The notes beneath the pieces were generated by a model that worked only from the letters and a program-made list of their open reading frames with translations, did not search any database and was not told the origin of the DNA. From Eledone cirrhosa (lineage: Eukaryota): a stretch of 64,000 bases of DNA. The stretch is from the NCBI GenBank assembly GCA_964016885.1, contig OZ024743.1, positions 88,722,001 to 88,786,000 on the forward strand, read 5' to 3'. Position 1 is the first letter of the stretch; each line of letters starts with the position of its first letter. This document shows positions 52,201-61,391 of the stretch, piece by piece. Both the position numbers and the translations under genes were made by a program.

Positions 52201-55200
52201 TGCCAGACATTAGAGAATGAGGTGAGAACCAGTGTACCCCTCCATACCTAAGTCTGCTGCTGCCAGACATTAGAGAATGAGGTGAGAACCAGTGTACCTC
52301 TCCATTCCTAAGTCTGCTGCTACCAGACATCAGAGAATGAGGTGAGAACCAGTGTACCCCTCCATACCTAAGTCTGGTGCTGCCAGACATTAGAGAATGA
52401 GGTGAGAACCAGTGTACCCCTCCATACCTAAGTCTGGTGCTGCCAGACATTAGAGAATGAGGTGAGAACCAGTGTACCCCTCCATACCTAAGTCTGGTGC
52501 TGCCAGACATTAGAGAATGAGGTGAGAACCAGTGTACCCCTCCATACCTAAGTCTGGTGCTGCCAGACATTAGAGAATGAGGTGAGAACCAGTGTACCTC
52601 TCCATTCCTAAGTCTGCTGCTGCCAGACATCAGAGAATGAGGTGAGAACCAGTGTACCCCTCCATACCTAAGTCTGGTGCTGCCAGACATTAGAGAATGA
52701 GGTGAGAACCAGTGTACCCCTCCATTCCTAAGTCTGGTGCTGCCAGACATTAGAGAATGAGGTGAGAACCAGTGTACCCCTCCATACCTAAGTCTGCTGC
52801 TGCCAGACATTAGAGAATGAGGTGAGAACCAGTGTACCCCTCCATTCCTAAGTCTGGTGCTGCCAGACATTAGAGAATGAGGTGAGAACCAGTGTACCCC
52901 TCCATACCTAAGTCTGCTGCTGCCAGACATTAGAGAATGAGGTGAGAACCAGTGTACCCCTCCATACCTAAGTCTGGTGCTGCCAGACATTAGAGAATGA
53001 GGTGAGAACCAGTGTACCTCTCCATTCCTAAGTCTGCTGCTGCCAGACATCAGAGAATGAGGTGAGAACCAGTGTACCCCTCCATACCTAAGTCTGGTGC
53101 TGCCAGACATTAGAGAATGAGGTGAGAACCAGTGTACCCCTCCATACCTAAGTCTGGTGCTGCCAGACATTAGAGAATGAGGTGAGAACCAGTGTACCCC
53201 TCCATACCTAAGTCTGCTGCTGCCAGACATTAGAGAATGAGGTGAGAACCAGTGTACCCCTCCATACCTAAGTCTGGTGCTGCCAGACATTAGAGAATGA
53301 GGTGAGAACCAGTGTACCCCTCCATACCTAAGTCTGCTGCTGCCAGACATCAGAGAGTGAGGTGAGAACCAGTGTACCCCTCCATTCCTAAGTCTGCTGC
53401 TGCCAGACATTAGAGAATGAGGTGAGAACCAGTGTACCTCTCCATTCCTAAGTCTGCTGCTGCCAGACATCAGAGAATGAGGTGAGAACCAGTGTACCCC
53501 TCCATTCCTAAGTCTGCTGCTTCCAGACATCAGAGAATTAGGTGAGAACCAGTGTACCCCTCCATCCCTAAGTCTGCTGCTGCCAGACATTAGAGAATGA
53601 GGTGAGAACCAGTGTACCCCTCCATACCTAAGTCTGCTGCTGCCAGACATTAGAGAATGAGGTGAGAACCAGTGTACCCCTCCATCCCTAAGTCTGCTGC
53701 TGCCAGACATTAGAGAATTAGGTGAGAGCCAGTGTACCCCTCCATCCCTAGGTCTGCTGCTGCCAGACATTAGAGAATGAGGTGAGAACCAGTGTACCCC
53801 TCCATACCTAAGTCTGGTGCTGCCAGACATCAGAGAATGAGGTGAGAACCAGTGTATTCCTCCATCCCTAAGTCTGCTGCTGCCAGACATTAGAGAATGA
53901 GGTGAGAACCAGTGTACCCCTCCATTCCTAAGTCTGCTGCTTCCAGACATCAGAGAATTAGGTGAGAACCAGTGTACCCCTCCATACCTAAGTCTGCTGC
54001 TGCCAGACATTAGAGAATGAGGTGAGAACCAGTGTACCCCTCCATCCCTAAGTCTGCTGCTGCCAGACATTAGAGAATTAGGTGAGAACCAGTGTACCCC
54101 TCCATACCTAGGTCTGCTGCTGCCAGACATTAGAGAATGAGGTGAGAACCAGTGTACCCCTCCATACCTAAGTCTGGTGCTGCCAGACATCAGAGAATGA
54201 GGTGAGAACCAGTGTACCCCTCCATCCCTAAGTCTGCTGCTGCCAGACATTAGAGAATGAGGTGAGAACCAGTGTACCCCTCCATTCCTAAGTCTGCTGC
54301 TGCCAGACATTAGAGAATGAGGTGAGAACCAGTGTACCCCTCCATACCTAAGTCTGCTGCTGCCAGACATTAGAGAATGAGGTGAGAACCAGTGTACCCC
54401 TCCATTCCTAAGTCTGCTGCTGCCAGACATTAGAGAATGAGGTGAGAACCAGTGTACCCCTCCATACCTAAGTCTGGTGCTGCCAGACATCAGAGAATGA
54501 GGTGAGAACCAGTGTACCCCTCCATCCCTAAGTCTGCTGCTGCCAGACATTAGAGAATGAGGTGAGAACCAGTGTACCCCTCCATTCCTAAGTCTGCTGC
54601 TGCCAGACATTAGAGAATGAGGTGAGAACCAGTGTACCCCTCCATTCCTAAGTCTGCTGCTGCCAGACATCAGAGAATGAGGTGAGAACCAGTGTACCCC
54701 TCCATCCCTAAGTCTGCTGCTGCCAGACATCAGAGAATGAGGTGAGAACCAGTGTACTCCTCCATCCCTAAGTCTGCTGCTGCCAGACATTAGAGAATGA
54801 GGTGAGAACCAGTGTACCCCTCCATTCCTAAGTCTGCTGCTGCCAGACATTAGAGAATGAGGTGAGAACCAGTGTACCCCTCCATACCTAAGTCTGCTGC
54901 TGCCAGACATCAGAGAATGAGGTGAGAACCAGTGTACCCCTCCATTCCTAAGTCTGCTGCTGCCAGACATTAGAGAATGAGGTGAGAACCAGTGTACCCC
55001 TCCATTCCTAAGTCTGCTGTTGTCAGACATTAGAGAATGAGGTGAGAACCAGTGTACCCCTCCATACCTAAGTCTGGTGCTGCCAGACATTAGAGAATGA
55101 GGTGAGAACCAGTGTACCCCTCCATACCTAAGTCTGCTGCTGCCAGACATTAGAGAATGAGGTGAGAACCAGTGTACCTCTCCATTCCTAAGTCTGCTGC

Positions 55201-58200
55201 TACCAGACATCAGAGAATGAGGTGAGAACCAGTGTACCCCTCCATACCTAAGTCTGGTGCTGCCAGACATTAGAGAATGAGGTGAGAACCAGTGTACCCC
55301 TCCATACCTAAGTCTGGTGCTGCCAGACATTAGAGAATGAGGTGAGAACCAGTGTACCCCTCCATACCTAAGTCTGGTGCTGCCAGACATTAGAGAATGA
55401 GGTGAGAACCAGTGTACCTCTCCATTCCTAAGTCTGCTGCTGCCAGACATCAGAGAATGAGGTGAGAACCAGTGTACCCCTCCATACCTAAGTCTGGTGC
55501 TGCCAGACATTAGAGAATGAGGTGAGAACCAGTGTACCCCTCCATTCCTAAGTCTGGTGCTGCCAGACATTAGAGAATGAGGTGAGAACCAGTGTACCCC
55601 TCCATACCTAAGTCTGCTGCTGCCAGACATTAGAGAATGAGGTGAGAACCAGTGTACCCCTCCATTCCTAAGTCTGGTGCTGCCAGACATTAGAGAATGA
55701 GGTGAGAACCAGTGTACCCCTCCATACCTAAGTCTGCTGCTGCCAGACATTAGAGAATGAGGTGAGAACCAGTGTACCCCTCCATACCTAAGTCTGGTGC
55801 TGCCAGACATTAGAGAATGAGGTGAGAACCAGTGTACCTCTCCATTCCTAAGTCTGCTGCTGCCAGACATCAGAGAATGAGGTGAGAACCAGTGTACCCC
55901 TCCATACCTAAGTCTGGTGCTGCCAGACATTAGAGAATGAGGTGAGAACCAGTGTACCCCTCCATACCTAAGTCTGGTGCTGCCAGACATTAGAGAATGA
56001 GGTGAGAACCAGTGTACCCCTCCATACCTAAGTCTGCTGCTGCCAGACATTAGAGAATGAGGTGAGAACCAGTGTACCCCTCCATACCTAAGTCTGGTGC
56101 TGCCAGACATTAGAGAATGAGGTGAGAACCAGTGTACCCCTCCATACCTAAGTCTGCTGCTGCCAGACATCAGAGAGTGAGGTGAGAACCAGTGTACCCC
56201 TCCATTCCTAAGTCTGCTGCTGCCAGACATTAGAGAATGAGGTGAGAACCAGTGTACCTCTCCATTCCTAAGTCTGCTGCTGCCAGACATCAGAGAATGA
56301 GGTGAGAACCAGTGTACCCCTCCATTCCTAAGTCTGCTGCTGCCAGACATTAGAGAGTGAGGTGAGAACCAGTGTACCCCTCCATTCCTAAGTCTGCTGC
56401 TGCCAGACATCAGAGAGTGAGGTGAGAACCAGTGTACCTCTCCATTCCTAAGTCTGCTGCTGCCAGACATTAGAGAATGAGGTGAGAACCAGTGTACCCC
56501 TCCATTCCTAAGTCTGGTGCTGCCAGACATTAGAGAATGAGGTGAGAACCAGTGTACCTCTCCATTCCTAAGTCTGCTGCTGCCAGACATCAGAGAATGA
56601 GGTGAGAACCAGTGTACCCCTCCATTCCTAAGTCTGCTGCTTCCAGACATCAGAGAATTAGGTGAGAACCAGTGTACCCCTCCATCCCTAAGTCTGCTGC
56701 TGCCAGACATTAGAGAATGAGGTGAGAACCAGTGTACCCCTCCATACCTAAGTCTGCTGCTGCCAGACATTAGAGAATGAGGTGAGAACCAGTGTACCCC
56801 TCCATCCCTAAGTCTGCTGCTGCCAGACATTAGAGAATTAGGTGAGAACCAGTGTACCCCTCCATCCCTAGGTCTGCTGCTGCCAGACATTAGAGAACGA
56901 GGTGAGAACCAGTGTACCCCTCCATACCTAAGTCTGGTGCTGCCAGACATCAGAGAATGAGGTGAGAACCAGTGTACCCCTCCATCCCTAAGTCTGCTGC
57001 TGCCAGACATTAGAGAATGAGGTGAGAACCAGTGTACCCCTCCATACCTAAGTCTGGTGCTGCCAGACATCAGAGAATGAGGTGAGAACCAGTGTACCCC
57101 TCCATCCCTAAGTCTGCTGCTGCCAGACATTAGAGAATGAGGTGAGAACCAGTGTACCCCTCCATTCCTAAGTCTGCTGCTGCCAGACATTAGAGAATGA
57201 GGTGAGAACCAGTGTACCCCTCCATTCCTAAGTCTGCTGCTGCCAGACATTAGAGAATGAGGTGAGAACCAGTGTACCCCTCCATACCTAAGTCTGCTGC
57301 TGCCAGACATCAGAGAATGAGGTGAGAACCAGTGTACCCCTCCATTCCTAAGTCTGCTGCTGCCAGACATTAGAGAATGAGGTGAGAACCAGTGTACCCC
57401 TCCATTCCTAAGTCTGCTGTTGTCAGACATTAGAGAATGAGGTGAGAACCAGTGTACCCCTCCATACCTAAGTCTGGTGCTGCCAGACATTAGAGAATGA
57501 GGTGAGAACCAGTGTACCCCTCCATACCTAAGTCTGCTGCTGCCAGACATTAGAGAATGAGGTGAGAACCAGTGTACCTCTCCATTCCTAAGTCTGCTGC
57601 TGCCAGACATCAGAGAATGAGGTGAGAACCAGTGTACCCCTCCATACCTAAGTCTGGTGCTGCCAGACATTAGAGAATGAGGTGAGAACCAGTGTACCCC
57701 TCCATACCTAAGTCTGGTGCTGCCAGACATTAGAGAATGAGGTGAGAACCAGTGTACCCCTCCATACCTAAGTCTGGTGCTGCCAGACATTAGAGAATGA
57801 GGTGAGAACCAGTGTACCCCTCCATACCTAAGTCTGGTGCTGCCAGACATTAGAGAATGAGGTGAGAACCAGTGTACCTCTCCATTCCTAAGTCTGCTGC
57901 TGCCAGACATCAGAGAATGAGGTGAGAACCAGTGTACCCCTCCATACCTAAGTCTGGTGCTGCCAGACATTAGAGAATGAGGTGAGAACCAGTGTACCCC
58001 TCCATACCTAAGTCTGGTGCTGCCAGACATTAGAGAATGAGGTGAGAACCAGTGTACCCCTCCATACCTAAGTCTGCTGCTGCCAGACATTAGAGAATGA
58101 GGTGAGAACCAGTGTACCCCTCCATACCTAAGTCTGGTGCTGCCAGACATTAGAGAATGAGGTGAGAACCAGTGTACCCCTCCATACCTAAGTCTGCTGC

Positions 58201-61200
58201 TGCCAGACATCAGAGAGTGAGGTGAGAACCAGTGTACCCCTCCATTCCTAAGTCTGCTGCTGCCAGACATTAGAGAATGAGGTGAGAACCAGTGTACCTC
58301 TCCATTCCTAAGTTTGCTGCTGCCAGACATCAGAGAATGAGGTGAGAACCAGTGTACCCCTCCATTCCTAAGTCTGCTGCTGCCAGACATTAGAGAGTGA
58401 GGTGAGAACCAGTGTACCCCTCCATTCCTAAGTCTGCTGCTGCCAGACATCAGAGAGTGAGGTGAGAACCAGTGTACCTCTCCATTCCTAAGTCTGCTGC
58501 TGCCAGACATTAGAGAATGAGGTGAGAACCAGTGTACCCCTCCATTCCTAAGTCTGGTGCTGCCAGACATCAGAGAATGAGGTGAGAACCAGTGTACCCC
58601 TCCATTCCTAAGTCTGCTGCTGCCAGACATTAGAGAATGAGGTGAGAACCAGTGTACCCCTCCATACCTAAGTCTGGTGCTGCCAGAGATTAGAGAATGA
58701 GGTGAGAACCAGTGTACCCCTCCATTCCTAAGTCTGGTGCTGCCAGACATCAGAGAATGAGGTGAGAACCAGTGTACCCCTCCATTCCTAAGTCTGCTGC
58801 TGCCAGACATTAGAGAATGAGGTGAGAACCAGTGTACCCCTCCATACCTAAGTCTGCTGCTGCCAGACATCAGAGAATGAGGTGAGAACCAGTGTACCCC
58901 TCCATTCCTAAGTCTGCTGCTGCCAGACATTAGAGAATGAGGTGGGAACCAGTGTACCCCTCCATACCTAAGTCTGCTGCTGCCAGACATTAGAGAGTGA
59001 GGTGAGAACCAGTGTACCCCTCCATACCTAAGTCTGCTGCTGCCAGACATTAGAGAATGAGGTGAGAACCAGTGTACCTCTCCATTCCTAAGTCTGCTGC
59101 TGCCAGACATCAGAGAATGAGGTGAGAACCAGTGTACCTCTCCATTCCTAAGTCTGCTGCTGCCAGACATCAGAGAATGAGGTGAGAACCAGTGTACCTC
59201 TACATTCCTAAGTCTGCTGCTGCCAGACATCAGAGAGTGAGGTGAGAACCAGTGTACCCCTCCATTCCTAAGTCTGCTGCTGTCAGACATCAGAGAATGA
59301 GGTGAGAACCAGTGTACCCCTCCATTCCTAAGTCTGGTGCCGCCAGACATCAGAGAGTGAGGTGAGAACCAGTGTACCCCTCCATTCCTAAGTCTGCTGC
59401 TGCCAGACATCAGAGAATGAGGTGAGAACCAGTGTACCCCTCCATTCCTAAGTCTGCTGCTGCCAGACATCAGAGAATGAGGTGAGAAACAGTGTACCCC
59501 TCCATTCCTAAGTCTGCTGCTGCCAGACATCAGAGAATGAGGTGAGAACCAGTGTACCCCTCCATTCCTAAGTCTGGTGCCACCAGACATTAGAGAATGA
59601 GGTGAGAACCAGTGTACCCCTCCATACCTAAGTCTGCTGCTGCCAGACATTAGAGAGTGAGGTGAGAACCAGTGTACCCCTCCATACCTAAGTCTGCTGC
59701 TGCCAGACATTAGAGAATGAGGTGAGAACCAGTGTACCCCTCCATTCCTAAGTCTGGTGCTGCCAGACATTAGAGAATGAGGTGAGAACCAGTGTACCCC
59801 TCCATTCATAAGTCTGCTGCTGCCAGACATCAGAGAATGAGGTGAGAACCAGTGTACCCCTCCATTCCTAAGTCTGCTGCTGCCAGACATCAGAGAATGA
59901 GGTGAGAACCAGTGTACCCCTCCATTCCTAAGTCTGCTGCTGCCAGACATCAGAGAATGAGGTGAGAACCAGTGTACCCCTCCATTCCTAAGTCTGCTGC
60001 TGCCAGACATTAGAGAATGAGGTGAGAACCAGTGTACCCCTCCATTCCTAAGTCTGCTGCTGCCAGACATTAGAGAATGAGGTGAGAACCAGTGTACCTC
60101 TCCATTCCTAAGTCTGCTGCTGCCAGACATCAGAGAATGAGGTGAGAACCAGTGTACCTCTCCATTCCTAAGTCTGCTGCTGCCAGACATTAGAGAATGA
60201 GGTGAGAACCAGTGTACCTCTCCATTCCTAAGTCTGCTGCTGCCAGACATTAGAGAATGAGGTGAGAACCAGTGTACCCCTCCATTCCTAAGTCTGCTGC
60301 TGCCAGACATCAGAGAATGAGGTGAGAACCAGTGTACCCCTCCATTCCTAAGTCTGCTGCTGCCAGACATTAGAGAATGAGGTGAGAACCAGTGTACCCC
60401 TCCATTCCTAAGTCTGCTGCTGCCAGACATTAGAGAATGAGGTGAGAACCAGTGTACCTCTCCATTCCTAAGTCTGCTGCTGCCAGACATCAGAGAATGA
60501 GGTGAGAACCAGTGTACCTCTCCATTCCTAAGTCTGCTGCTGCCAGACATTAGAGAATGAGGTGAGAACCAGTGTACCTCTCCATTCCTAAGTCTGCTGC
60601 TGCCAGACATCAGAGAATGAGGTGAGAACCAGTGTACCTCTCCATTCCTAAGTCTGCTGCTGCCAGACATCAGAGAATGAGGTGAGAACCAGTGTACCTC
60701 TCGATTCCTAAGTCTGCTGCTGCCAGACATTAGAGAATGAGGTGAGAACCAGTGTACCCCTCCATTCCTAAGTCTGCTGCTGCCAGACATCAGAGAATGA
60801 GGTGAGAACCAGTGTACCCCTCCATTCCTAAGTCTGGTGCCGCCAGTCATTAGAGAATGAGGTGAGAACCAGTGTACCCCTCCATTCCTAAGTCTGGTGC
60901 CACCAGACATTAGAGAATGAGGTGAGAACCAGTGTACCCCTCCATTCCTAAGTCTGGTGCCGCCAGACATCAGAGAATGAGGTGAGAACCAGTGTACCCC
61001 TCCATTCCTAAGTCTGGTGCCGCCAGACATTAGAGAATGAGGTGAGAACCAGTGTACCCCTCCATACCTAAGTCTGCTGCTGCCAGACATCAGAGAATGA
61101 GGTGAGAACCAGTGTACCCCTCCATCCCTAAGTCTGCTGCTGCCAGACATCAGAGAATGAGGTGAGAACCAGTGTACCCCTCCATTCCTAAGTCTGCTGC

Positions 61201-61391
61201 TGCCAGACATTAGAGAATGAGGTGAGAACCAGTGTACCCCTCCATCCCTAAGTCTGCTGCTGCCAGACATCAGAGAATGAGGTGAGAACCAGTGTACCCC
61301 TCCATTCCTAAGTCTGCTGCTGCCAGACATCAGAGAATGAGGTGAGAACCAGTGTACCCCTCCATCCCTAAGTCTGCTGCTGCCAGACATC
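43268..61391. repeat. 18-kb tandem array of about 302 x 60-bp monomers with higher-order structure
   Basis: TGCCAGACAT(T/C)AGAGAATGAGGTGAGAACCAGTGTACCCCTCCAT(T/A/C)CCTAAGTCTG(C/G)TGC; a single 3-bp deletion at about 43980. Confidence 0.98.

Noticed and set aside
43268-61391. CRISPR-like array
   Set aside because: No unique spacers, no cas genes and a eukaryotic context; it is a plain tandem repeat
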